Below are positions 1-8,971 of a stretch of 64,000 bases of DNA, one piece after another. This DNA is from Bacilli bacterium. GTDB taxonomy: Bacteria > Bacillota_I > Bacilli_A > RF39 > UBA660. Numbering within the stretch: the first letter of the stretch is position 1; every line of letters begins with the position of its first letter. The DNA is taken from NCBI GenBank assembly GCA_017522615.1, contig JAFWYR010000003.1, positions 4,229-68,228 of the forward strand, given 5' to 3'. The notes under the pieces were generated by a model. It ran no database searches. It was given only the letters and a program-made list of their open reading frames with translations, and was not told where the DNA came from. The position numbers and the translations under genes were made by a program.

Positions 1-624
1 TCTATTAAATTTCCCATAATCATGTTTTCTATGGTGGATATCACTAGCTAAAAATGAAATCTTTTTTTCTTTAAGTAATCTCTTAACTGTCTTAATCGCA
101 CCCTTACCATAACTGCCCAAAATACTTTCAATGTTACTTTGAAAATACACACCAATCTTTTCAAGTTCATAAACCTTATTAAAATCCTTTTGAAAAGAAT
201 GATATCTTTCAGGGTGAGCAAGTATAACCTGATATCCCTTACCTATTAAATATTCAAAAACATCAATATATCCTTCATATTCACCATTCATAGGTAGCTC
301 TATAAGCAAAAAACCACTATCATTTAAAGAACTAATCTTACCCTCATCTAATAATTCATCGATATCGTCATCCATATATATTTCATTACCCAAATATAAA
401 TTAACGTCAATTTTATTATCTAAAAGAGCTTTTTTTAAACTATTCATTAAAACAATATTATCAGATCTAGGACTATCATAATGACTATCTACTATATAAT
501 GAGGAGTAAGTATAATATCAGTATATCCTACTTCGCTCATATGTTTAATTATACTTACGCTCTCATCAATACTCTTAGACCCATCATCTATTCCATATAA
601 TAAATGCGAATGAATATCTATCAT
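1..624 (-). CDS. cpsB: PHP-family tyrosine-protein phosphatase (CpsB/CapC/YwqE type), 3' end outside window
   Basis: Not in the ORF track; translated manually. ATG at 624 overlaps the wzc stop (TAATG). Reads MIDIHSHLLYGIDDGS...LTPHY...GNEIY...ILAHPERY...LASDIHH, the PHP metal-binding motifs; frame stays open to position 1. Confidence 0.93.
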   Translation of the reverse strand, partial: MIDIHSHLLYGIDDGSKSIDESVSIIKHMSEVGYTDIILTPHYIVDSHYDSPRSDNIVLMNSLKKALLDNKIDVNLYLGNEIYMDDDIDELLDEGKISSLNDSGFLLIELPMNGEYEGYIDVFEYLIGKGYQVILAHPERYHSFQKDFNKVYELEKIGVYFQSNIESILGSYGKGAIKTVKRLLKEKKISFLASDIHHRKHDYGKFNR

Positions 625-1982
625 TATTCATCATCCTCATAGTAATAGTAATACTTACCATAACTCTTTCCTTTGATATTTATATTGTTAACAACACATC
701 CAACAATAGATCCACCGACATTTTCAATAGATTTTTTAGCATTCAATAGTTCTGTTTTAGGTGTACTATTTTCAGAACACACTATTAAAACCTTATCAAC
801 TATAGAAGATAAAATAAGTGAATCTGATAAACCATTACATGGAGCACTATCAAATATTATTATATCGTATATCTCACTCATTTTACTCATTAAAACACTA
901 TTTTTTCTAGAGTTTAAAAGCTCACTAGGATTAGGAGGACAAACACCTCTTGTCATGACAAACAAACCATTGACACTAGTCTTTTGAATATACTCTTTGA
1001 CTTTTCCAGGATCCCCTATTAATAAATTAGATAAACCCTTCTTATTATTTACCCCAAATAACTTATGCTGACGACCTTTTCTTAAATCACAGTCGACAAG
1101 TAATACTTTTTTACCAGTTTGAGCGAAAGAAATAGCTAAATTCGCACTGACAAAACTCTTTCCTTCACTTGGTAAAGTACTTGTAACAAGCAACGTTCTT
1201 ATATCTCTATCGACAGAGGCAAACTGTAAATTAGTTCTCAAAGTTCTAATACTTTCACTCGCAAGAGCATTAGGCCTCTCTTCCACAATTAAATCAGTAT
1301 TACTATTATCTTTTAAAACCTTAGCAATAATAGGCATATCTATCTCTTGTTCTAAATTGTCGCTTAACTTAATAGAATCATCGAAATAAAATCTAATAAA
1401 TACAATAGCAGCTGTACCAAACACAGAAACAAGTAATGCTAAAGCTATATCTCTTTTTAAAGTGTTATTAGAAACCTCATATGAAATCTGTGCATCATCT
1501 ATCACACTAACATTGTTAATTTTATATATTTTCTTAATTTCATCACTGAAAACTTCAGCTATATCATTAGCTATCTCAGCTGCCTTTTCAGGTTTTAAAT
1601 CACTAACTGAAATCTTGAGTATTTCTGTATCTTCTAAAGCCTCTACTTTTATATTCTTAGAAAGTTCAGACACCGAATAATCTAAATTTAAATTTTTAAT
1701 AACTTTCTTTAAAACTAGTTTACTTTTAATTATTTGACTATAAGTAGATACTAAATTTTGGTTAAGTAAAATATCGCTTTGACTTATCGCTTCAGAAGAG
1801 CCAGTTACCGAAGCAGTATCACTTTTAACAAGTACTATAGTCGTATAAGTTGTATACATAGGTTTTTTAAGTACCTTATCATATATAAATGTAAAACTAA
1901 TTAGTAAAATACTAATAATTATAATTAATAATACATACTTCTTTAAATAATCGAAAAAATCCTTTATATTAATCTCTTCCAT
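624..1982 (-). CDS. wzc: Fused polysaccharide chain-length regulator (Wzz/CpsC) and BY-kinase (CpsD), Wzc-like
   Basis: N-terminal Wzz-like region with two TM helices; Walker A STLPSEGKS; VLLVDCDLR; IIIFDSAP; C-terminal tyrosine cluster YGKYYYYY. Confidence 0.93.
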   Translation of the reverse strand: MEEINIKDFFDYLKKYVLLIIIISILLISFTFIYDKVLKKPMYTTYTTIVLVKSDTASVTGSSEAISQSDILLNQNLVSTYSQIIKSKLVLKKVIKNLNLDYSVSELSKNIKVEALEDTEILKISVSDLKPEKAAEIANDIAEVFSDEIKKIYKINNVSVIDDAQISYEVSNNTLKRDIALALLVSVFGTAAIVFIRFYFDDSIKLSDNLEQEIDMPIIAKVLKDNSNTDLIVEERPNALASESIRTLRTNLQFASVDRDIRTLLVTSTLPSEGKSFVSANLAISFAQTGKKVLLVDCDLRKGRQHKLFGVNNKKGLSNLLIGDPGKVKEYIQKTSVNGLFVMTRGVCPPNPSELLNSRKNSVLMSKMSEIYDIIIFDSAPCNGLSDSLILSSIVDKVLIVCSENSTPKTELLNAKKSIENVGGSIVGCVVNNINIKGKSYGKYYYYYEDDE

Positions 1983-1997
1983 AAATCCAACTCCTCA

Positions 1998-2828
1998 TCA
2001 TAATGATTTTCTTATTCTTTTTATTTTAAACAATGAATTATTCAAATTTAGTACTATGCTTATAATTAACAATACCATACTAACTATTATAACCTTATCT
2101 CCGACATCAATCAATACTTTTCTAATCACTTTAGAAAAACTATCAGAAATAATAATAATATTTTTAAAATCTATTCCATCATATATAAACCATCTAAAAT
2201 ATAATAGCATTAAACTACTTGAAAGACATACAACTCCAGAATACCTCTTATGAACCCATTTTCTAATAACAACTAAACATACAATAATAAATACAATAAT
2301 AAATCCAATAAACATATCTGTATATGTACTAATCTTAGCAAAAGATGAAATAACTCCATCTAAATAACCATATATATTAATTCCATCTTTATATATCTTA
2401 ACCACACCATCGACGTAAGTTTCTAAAGACTTTTTATCAGTTGCTTCTAAACCTTTTTCTTTTAAATATTCATCTATATTACTATTTAATTTTTTCTTAA
2501 GAGAATCAGTATCAACTTTATATTTAGAACCTGTATATATTGAAGCAATAAATCCTTTAATATCAACCTTTATATCTCCATCTTTAAAAATCCCATCTAA
2601 AATACTTTTATCTAGTCCAGAAGACATTAAGCTATTTCCCATATCTCGCTTAATACTTTTGGTCACTTCCTCATAATAATTGTTATCCTCTAATTTTTGT
2701 AAAACATAATTTTGATTAAAAATAGTAATCTTAAATACAAAAAGTAAAACTAATATAGTTAGTAAAACAGATGAAATAAATCCTAAAATATAACCAACTA
2801 ACTTCTTAAACTTACGCATCTGTCTCAC
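1998..2828 (-). CDS. Hypothetical membrane protein (about 4 TM segments)
   Basis: 276-aa ORF; one N-terminal and three C-terminal hydrophobic segments; overlaps the sortase stop. Confidence 0.7.
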   Translation of the reverse strand: MRQMRKFKKLVGYILGFISSVLLTILVLLFVFKITIFNQNYVLQKLEDNNYYEEVTKSIKRDMGNSLMSSGLDKSILDGIFKDGDIKVDIKGFIASIYTGSKYKVDTDSLKKKLNSNIDEYLKEKGLEATDKKSLETYVDGVVKIYKDGINIYGYLDGVISSFAKISTYTDMFIGFIIVFIIVCLVVIRKWVHKRYSGVVCLSSSLMLLYFRWFIYDGIDFKNIIIISDSFSKVIRKVLIDVGDKVIIVSMVLLIISIVLNLNNSLFKIKRIRKSL

Positions 2829-3450
2829 CTACCCTATGAGCATATACCACAAATCTCTCAGTCTTATGACCGACACCTAAAGGATAACATGTATATAAAA
2901 TAAGTCTCTCTTCATTATCCTGAATTGGAAAAGCTGATAAATCATTTTCACTGACTATTCTTGTCTCATATATTTGATAATCAAATTTGCCATAATTTAA
3001 ATCTAAAACAATTTTATCATTATTTCCTAATTCTAAAATTTTTTCAAAATAACCAGGATCATTATGACCCGCTAATATAACAGAACCACCTTCACCAGGA
3101 AAATAAGAACCAGCATAATGCCCAATACCATAACTTAGTATTTCCTCATTATCACCGTAATAAAGAGGTAAATCTAAATTAATTTTATCTATTTTAATCG
3201 TTCCATACTTAGAGCCATAACTAGGTATACTAGTCATTTTTTTCTGAGCATTATCAAATTTAACTTTTCTATCGTTTTTCGATTCTTTTATTGCCACCGT
3301 ATTTATAATATTGGTATACTTTCTAATCGTATGATTTAATCCAAAATAAATTATTACTATGAAAACACACACAAATAAAAAGGAAAGTGCCACATAAGTA
3401 ACAAATGCCTTTCCTTTGAATTTATATTTTTTATGCATTAGCCTTGACAT
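2812..3450 (-). CDS. Sortase, class D-like
   Basis: N-terminal TM anchor; GIGHYAGSYFPGEGGSVILAGHN (His); LILYTCYP (Cys); ERFVV (Arg). True start is probably MHKKY at 3438. Confidence 0.92.
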   Translation of the reverse strand: MSRLMHKKYKFKGKAFVTYVALSFLFVCVFIVIIYFGLNHTIRKYTNIINTVAIKESKNDRKVKFDNAQKKMTSIPSYGSKYGTIKIDKINLDLPLYYGDNEEILSYGIGHYAGSYFPGEGGSVILAGHNDPGYFEKILELGNNDKIVLDLNYGKFDYQIYETRIVSENDLSAFPIQDNEERLILYTCYPLGVGHKTERFVVYAHRVGETDA

Positions 3451-3967
3451 TTCTAACGATTAATACTGTACCAACGGCGGTTACCAATAGTGCTACTGTA
3501 GCAATAATATTTAAATTAGAACCCGTATTTTTTACTAATTTACCAATTTCAGCAAATACTGTACCATCTGGATTAAAAACTATAACTTTACCATTTTTAA
3601 CAGTTGCTTTAATTGAAGTATTAGCAGCAACATTTAAAACATGTTGCTTTAGTTTTTCTTTTAATGATGAAGGTAATTTACTAAAATCAGAAAAATCCTT
3701 AATTCCTGAATCTCTCATATCTTTAATAGCAGAATCGATTTCTCCAGCAATATAATCAGCATGAGCTGAAGATACTTCATATAAATCCAAATATCTTTTA
3801 GCAAGTACTCTATCTCCATCGCTTAATTGAAATTTATATCCATTAATATCATAAGTAGCAGTTAATTTTTCTAACAATTGACTTTCGCTCATAGCCTTAA
3901 CCGAACTCACCCCTATAACAACACTTAAAACCAAACATAACACCGTAAATATTTTTATTCTCCTCAT
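3431..3967 (-). CDS. Secreted protein with signal peptide and C-terminal sortase-type sorting signal (VKNTG + TM + basic tail)
   Basis: Start refined to ATG 3967 (AGGAGG RBS upstream). Signal peptide MRRIKIFTVLCLVLSVVIGVSSVKA; C-terminus LVKNTG-SNLNIIATVALLVTAVGTVLIV-RNVKANA. Confidence 0.75.
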   Translation of the reverse strand: MRRIKIFTVLCLVLSVVIGVSSVKAMSESQLLEKLTATYDINGYKFQLSDGDRVLAKRYLDLYEVSSAHADYIAGEIDSAIKDMRDSGIKDFSDFSKLPSSLKEKLKQHVLNVAANTSIKATVKNGKVIVFNPDGTVFAEIGKLVKNTGSNLNIIATVALLVTAVGTVLIVRNVKANA

Positions 3968-3988
3968 AACAAAAATCCTCCTATTTAT

Positions 3989-4017
3989 ATTATACAATAA
4001 TTATAAAATAAAAACAA
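3989..4017 (-). promoter_or_regulatory. Sigma-A-type promoter of the substrate-sortase-wzc-cpsB operon
   Basis: TTGTTT-17 bp-TATAAT with TG immediately upstream of the -10, just upstream of the AGGAGG RBS. Confidence 0.55.
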
Positions 4018-4025
4018 GCAATAAA

Positions 4026-4048
4026 AAAACCTTATTTTATAAGGTTTT
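4026..4048 (-). terminator. Intrinsic terminator
   Basis: Perfect 9-bp inverted repeat AAAACCTTA/TAAGGTTTT; its A/T arm runs into a T-tract on the minus strand. Confidence 0.65.
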
Positions 4049-4054
4049 ACACAT

Positions 4055-4207
4055 TTATCTTATGTGTCTTGTTTTATTAAAAGCAGTTATATCGGTATCG
4101 CAAAAACGTAAAGTTTTATTTTTGTTTCCTTTTTGCATACTTTTTTTGTTATTAGTCATAACACCAACCTTAATGTCGTTTCTTTTGATAAGCTTAAATT
4201 TTACCAT
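4055..4207 (-). CDS. Small basic protein, 50 aa (MVKFKLIKRNDIKVG...)
   Basis: Below the track cutoff; translated manually. AGGAGG RBS, own promoter (4235-4263) and own terminator (4026-4048). Confidence 0.65.
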   Translation of the reverse strand: MVKFKLIKRNDIKVGVMTNNKKSMQKGNKNKTLRFCDTDITAFNKTRHIR

Positions 4208-4234
4208 AACAATACCTCCTTTTTAACGGACCGT

Positions 4235-4263
4235 ATTATAACACTTAAAAGCAATTATTTCAA
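4235..4263 (-). promoter_or_regulatory. Extended -10 sigma-A promoter
   Basis: TTGAAA-17 bp-TATAAT with TGn immediately before the -10. Confidence 0.65.
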
Positions 4264-4392
4264 TCTTTTTTCTAATAAAATTTTTTTCTTCTGTGAATCT
4301 TCTATTCTTGAACAGTTACTTGACACTTTCATACAGCAAAAAATAAAGAATAAAATAAACATAAGTAAAATAATTATCATTTTTATCACCAT
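4255..4392 (-). CDS. Small single-TM protein, 45 aa (MVIKMIIILLMFILFFIFCCMKVSSNCSRIED...)
   Basis: Manual translation; GAGAGG RBS; hydrophobic N-terminus followed by a charged tail. Confidence 0.45.
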   Translation of the reverse strand: MVIKMIIILLMFILFFIFCCMKVSSNCSRIEDSQKKKILLEKRLK

Positions 4393-4459
4393 TATTAATA
4401 TACCTCTCTATATATTATTATTCTAAAAAAAATGATAATTTGCTTTTATATTTTAAATA

Positions 4460-5362
4460 TTATAACTTTTCTATTTCATCTATAGAAAGATTAGTAGCTT
4501 GAGAAATATCTTCAATATCAATTTTCATTTTTAGCATCCTCTTAGCTATTTCTATTTTTTCTTTCTGACTTCCCAAAGCTTCTCCTTCACTATAACCAGA
4601 GTCATGAGCTTTTTTTTCGGCTTCTTTAATATCTTGTTTGTGACCAAACTCCATAGCTTTTTCATCATCTATGAGTTTAATCATATCTGGATTTTCACAT
4701 AAATATTCTAATTTCTTAACTACTTTCATAAGCATATTATCTCCTTTGGCTAGCTTACGAAGGTCTTTTATTTTTTTAAATGATAGTATTCCTATCGCTT
4801 TTTCAAACCTCGTAAGTTCTTTACCATCAGTATAATACTTTTTATAAACATTTGCCATATTTACGCGATATTTTATCAAATTTTTTTCATCTTCATCTTC
4901 TTCTAAACTTTTGATATTAACTCTTTTATAGATTGATATTAATTCATCTTTAATAAATACATTATCGAAATTAATCTGTTCAAAATATTTCTCTTCTCCT
5001 ATTCTATAGGAGACATTAATAGTCTTTAAAGCTTCATCGTAAAAGTGAGCTTTGTTTCTACTTCTAAGTTTTTTACTATTCTTTTTATTCATTTCTAAAT
5101 TTATTTTGTTACTGTCAATTTCGATAATAATGTCAGAGACATTTACTTTATCAAATATGGTATTTTTAGTACTTTCAGTATTTACAAATATCATATCATC
5201 AATATCGATTATTCTTCCATCGATATTAGAAATTATATAAGCTACATAATCTTTTAAATCCTCATCTTGAATAATACATTTAAAAACTGAATCATAAGTA
5301 GCTGGAATAATCTCTCCTTTTTCTTTAAGCTCCTTTATTTTCTTTATTATTTCTTTTTCCAA
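4460..5362 (-). CDS. Rpn/YhgA-like PD-(D/E)XK nuclease family protein (copy 1)
   Basis: YDSVFK N-terminal motif; SD...NLEMN catalytic-type motif; EGEA repeats; C-terminal IAKRMLK...DIEDISQATNLSIDEI HTH-like tail; TTG start. Confidence 0.8.
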   Translation of the reverse strand: MEKEIIKKIKELKEKGEIIPATYDSVFKCIIQDEDLKDYVAYIISNIDGRIIDIDDMIFVNTESTKNTIFDKVNVSDIIIEIDSNKINLEMNKKNSKKLRSRNKAHFYDEALKTINVSYRIGEEKYFEQINFDNVFIKDELISIYKRVNIKSLEEDEDEKNLIKYRVNMANVYKKYYTDGKELTRFEKAIGILSFKKIKDLRKLAKGDNMLMKVVKKLEYLCENPDMIKLIDDEKAMEFGHKQDIKEAEKKAHDSGYSEGEALGSQKEKIEIAKRMLKMKIDIEDISQATNLSIDEIEKL

Positions 5363-5457
5363 AATAAATCACCACTTTCCTTTTATGATAAGAAGGAATG
5401 CCCTTCTATATATAATCATTCTATAAAAGTTTTGTATTTACTTTTTAATTTTAAAAA

Positions 5458-5488
5458 AAGTTAGAAAATATTTTCAGTTTTCTAACTT
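5458..5488 (-). terminator. Intrinsic terminator
   Basis: 11-bp inverted repeat AAGTTAGAAAA/TTTTCTAACTT followed by a T-run on the minus strand. Confidence 0.65.
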
Positions 5489-5650
5489 ATAATCATCTAA
5501 ATCAAAACCATTTTCTAAAGCAATCTCAATAATCTCATTATCTGAAGCATTCTGAACCCTAGTCAAATCTATAAGGGCAATCTTAGATACAAAATACATT
5601 GCTGAAGTATAATAATCTTCTAAATCTTTTCTAAGTCTATCTATATCCAT
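5474..5650 (-). CDS. Small acidic protein, 58 aa (MDIDRLRKDLEDYYTSAMY...)
   Basis: Manual translation; AGGTG RBS; starts 8 bp after the 892-aa gene stop; TGA stop lies inside the terminator. Confidence 0.7.
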   Translation of the reverse strand: MDIDRLRKDLEDYYTSAMYFVSKIALIDLTRVQNASDNEIIEIALENGFDLDDYKLEN

Positions 5651-5658
5651 AAATACAC

Positions 5659-8337
5659 CTACTTTAAGCTGATAATAATATCATTTTTCTTAACTTTTAT
5701 ATCAACTTTATCATCATCGTATAATGACTTAATCACCTGCATAACTCTAAACTTAGATAAGTCTCCCAAATCAAAATCGATACTATCAAATGACTTTGGT
5801 CCTTTTTTAAGTAAATTAAGTATTCTTTTTCTATCTACAGCAAATGGATAATCTAAAACTTCATCACTATCATCATACATAACTTCAGTACCATCATTTA
5901 CTGAAAAATAAGCAAGCTTACCAACTACTTTCTTAACAACTCTTCCCTCTTTAACAAGTAAAGAAAGTAATGATGATAATTTCTGATTAGAATAAATGGA
6001 TAAACTATCACTTAAACTCATTATTTCCGAAATTGTAAGAGGTTTAGCAAGATATGTTAACTCCTGAACAATATCATCCATTATCTTATTGTTCTCTATT
6101 TCATCTTTAGTAATAACTTTATTACTACTTTCATTTAAAATCTCTCTAACCTCTTCTATAAGTTTATTAGGATTAGCTGGGTATGCATAATTTTTATTTA
6201 TTAACTTCTGACCATCTTCTAAGTCTTCTTCTTCTCTTTCTTTTAATTTTTGAATATCTTTTTCATAATTTCTATCAGCTTCTATTATTTCATTTTCATA
6301 TTTTAAAATACTTTGAATATTACTATCAACTTCCGATTTTAAACGTTCTTTTTTTCTAAATTTTATAGATGAAAGTCCAGCAAGTTTTTCGTGCTTCTCA
6401 GTATTTATATCCTCAAGTCTAGAAATATTTTCCTTTAAATCACCGACAAATAAAGAATGTTCTTCCTTGATTTTTTTCTCTTTCTTTAGATACTTTTCTG
6501 CTATTTCCTTACACAAATTTTCTAAAGCTTCCTTCTTAAGTATATCTATCTCTTCGACTTCTTTCGCCCACTCATCTTCACTAATAACATTATCCGTCAA
6601 ACTATAGATAAAATTATTAATCATATTAGGACCTTTACCAAAATTTCTATTTTTTTCAGTTTGTTTATTTTTATACTTCAAAACATCGGGATGATGATCG
6701 TACTCTTCTTTCCAATAATATCTAATTCTAACTACATCATCTGATATATCATAAGAATAAGTACCCAAATCCAAATTAGTTACTCCTTCAGAGGAAAATT
6801 CTAAAGTTAAATCAGCAAAAGCATCAAATATCTTATCCATAAAAACTACTACTTCACCGATAAAATTATAATTAGCTCCGTTTTTAACAAACTCTTTAGC
6901 CTTTTTATCAATGTCTATTACAATATCTTCAAATCTATCTCCATAACTTCTAGCTGTCTTCTTCAAATTAATCATTTCGACCTTTAAAGCATACTCGGAA
7001 AAAATAGTTTTACTATTTAAAGCATCCGCATACTCTTCTTTAAATGAATCCCAGTCCCTCTTTAATCTAGTAAAAATTCTCTCTTTTTCTCTAAAAAATT
7101 CTTTTTCATTTTTAGAATCATACACTTTCTTTTCTTCTACTATTTTCTGTATAGGCTCTGCCTTTTCTATTTTTTCATTAATCTGTTCTTCTTTATTATC
7201 ACTATAATTTTCAATTTTTCTTAAAATATTATTATCAAATATCTTAAAATACAAATCTTGAACTAAAGAAGACGCCTCTTTTAATGTCGTACCTTTTCTA
7301 ACATTAATTGTTAACTCACCACTATTTTTAATAAATTCATTTAATTCATAATAAATCGGTAATAACTCATCTATAGAGTTATTTTTTCTAGCATGACATA
7401 TAAATTCATAAGCTTCTTCTAAATATTTATCAAATAACTCTAAACTACTAGTAAGTCTATCTTTAACTTTTCTAGTAAACTCTTCCGTACTTCCACCATT
7501 TCTCTTATATCTAAGCACCTCACTTTTAACACCTAAATTAAAAAACACTCTAACATTTTCATCAATAGTCTTAATTTCATTCACATAATCAGAAACAATA
7601 AAGCTAACATTATCCACCATATATTTTTCCGCATTTAATTTTACATCGTAAACATTCTTAGGGATAAACTTATTCATAAGAGAAATAGCCATATTCTCCA
7701 TTTCATTTTTAGACTCATCACCATCTATAACTATTCTAATTTGCTTATACTCACCATTCAAAGGACAAACAAAATAAAAATTATATTGTGAATCAAATCT
7801 CATTAAAATCATACATACTTTTCCCATATTCAAATCCACAATTTTAAATTCTGGTTTACCACCGAAAGATAAAAACATCTTATAACCAGCTGTATAAAAA
7901 GTAAACTCATATAAAGCCGCACTTACATCATTAATAATATTTTTAATACTACCACTTGGCACATCAAAATAACTAGAAGAATAAATAATAATATGCGCTC
8001 CACCATTATCATAATCTTCTTCCTCACCATTCGGTAAATAATAAACAAACTCTCTATTTTCCTTATCAACCTTTATAAAAGAATCAGGAATTTCAATACT
8101 ATATTTATCATTCTCAAATCTTAAACCCTCATCATATTTAAATTCAAATTCTTCTTTAATATCATTTAAAGAATAATAGGCTTTACCATAATCTAAACTT
8201 CTAGAAATAATTCCTTTAGATTTAAGTTGTTGAAGTTCAACCGCAATCTCCTGCCTTCTTACATCCCCAAGCTTATCCTGAATCTCTTCGATGGAAAGCT
8301 TACCACCTTTAAGAAGTCTCAATATCTTTTCTTCCAT
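5659..8337 (-). CDS. 892-aa hypothetical protein with three putative winged-helix segments and a coiled coil
   Basis: wHTH-like patterns at the N-terminus (KILRLLKGGKLSIEEI...ELQQLKSKGII) and twice at the C-terminus (PLTISEI...SNQKLSSLLSLLVKEGRV; RILNLLKKGPKSF...VIKSLYDDDKV). Confidence 0.6.
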   Translation of the reverse strand: MEEKILRLLKGGKLSIEEIQDKLGDVRRQEIAVELQQLKSKGIISRSLDYGKAYYSLNDIKEEFEFKYDEGLRFENDKYSIEIPDSFIKVDKENREFVYYLPNGEEEDYDNGGAHIIIYSSSYFDVPSGSIKNIINDVSAALYEFTFYTAGYKMFLSFGGKPEFKIVDLNMGKVCMILMRFDSQYNFYFVCPLNGEYKQIRIVIDGDESKNEMENMAISLMNKFIPKNVYDVKLNAEKYMVDNVSFIVSDYVNEIKTIDENVRVFFNLGVKSEVLRYKRNGGSTEEFTRKVKDRLTSSLELFDKYLEEAYEFICHARKNNSIDELLPIYYELNEFIKNSGELTINVRKGTTLKEASSLVQDLYFKIFDNNILRKIENYSDNKEEQINEKIEKAEPIQKIVEEKKVYDSKNEKEFFREKERIFTRLKRDWDSFKEEYADALNSKTIFSEYALKVEMINLKKTARSYGDRFEDIVIDIDKKAKEFVKNGANYNFIGEVVVFMDKIFDAFADLTLEFSSEGVTNLDLGTYSYDISDDVVRIRYYWKEEYDHHPDVLKYKNKQTEKNRNFGKGPNMINNFIYSLTDNVISEDEWAKEVEEIDILKKEALENLCKEIAEKYLKKEKKIKEEHSLFVGDLKENISRLEDINTEKHEKLAGLSSIKFRKKERLKSEVDSNIQSILKYENEIIEADRNYEKDIQKLKEREEEDLEDGQKLINKNYAYPANPNKLIEEVREILNESSNKVITKDEIENNKIMDDIVQELTYLAKPLTISEIMSLSDSLSIYSNQKLSSLLSLLVKEGRVVKKVVGKLAYFSVNDGTEVMYDDSDEVLDYPFAVDRKRILNLLKKGPKSFDSIDFDLGDLSKFRVMQVIKSLYDDDKVDIKVKKNDIIISLK

Positions 8338-8412
8338 AATATCCCTCTTTAAAACATTATAACACGTTTATCCACAAGAAAAAAAGTTATTAAATATAAT
8401 ACATTAATAACT

Positions 8413-8892
8413 TTACAAACTTTCTCTTCTTTTCATAATCCTCTTATATATAACATTAAATACTAAACAACCTATAATAGCTCCAAAAGTATCAATTAAA
8501 ACATCACCAAACTCTCCAGATCTATCCATAACAAAAGTCTGATGCCACTCATCTGTACACGCATATATAAAACATATAATTATACTTATGATATTACATA
8601 ATAATAATTTATTTTTCTTAAACACACATACAACACTATTTACAAAATTAGCAAGCACAAAATAAACAGATGCATGAGCTAATTTCCTAAGTGGTTTATT
8701 ATATTTAGTAACTAGCTTCTCTACCTCTTTATCGGATTTATCTTTATAAATAAAAACAATAATACTTCTAACTATCCCCTTACTCGCATTATTAGAATTA
8801 TCTGAAGAAGCATCAGAAAAACTATAGATAATTACCATCCATATTAAAATAAACAAAATAGACAAATATAAAAGTACTTTGTTTTTCATCAT
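8413..8892 (-). CDS. VanZ-family membrane protein
   Basis: WMVIIYSFS; RKLAHASVYFVL; YACTDEWHQTFVMDRSGEFGDVLIDTFGA. Confidence 0.9.
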   Translation of the reverse strand: MMKNKVLLYLSILFILIWMVIIYSFSDASSDNSNNASKGIVRSIIVFIYKDKSDKEVEKLVTKYNKPLRKLAHASVYFVLANFVNSVVCVFKKNKLLLCNIISIIICFIYACTDEWHQTFVMDRSGEFGDVLIDTFGAIIGCLVFNVIYKRIMKRRESL

Positions 8893-8949
8893 AGCCTCCC
8901 CTTAACTATATTCATTTTAAACTTTTATAATATAAAAATCAAGAAAAAA

Positions 8950-8970
8950 ATTCTGACAAAAAATCAGAAT
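8950..8970 (-). terminator. Intrinsic terminator closing the cps operon
   Basis: ATTCTGA/TCAGAAT stem then a T-run on the minus strand, right after the ugd stop. Confidence 0.6.
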
Positions 8971-8971
8971 A

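Noticed and set aside
4133-4426. 97-aa plus-strand ORF
   Set aside because: No RBS; it lies antisense to two minus-strand small ORFs that have RBS/promoter signals.
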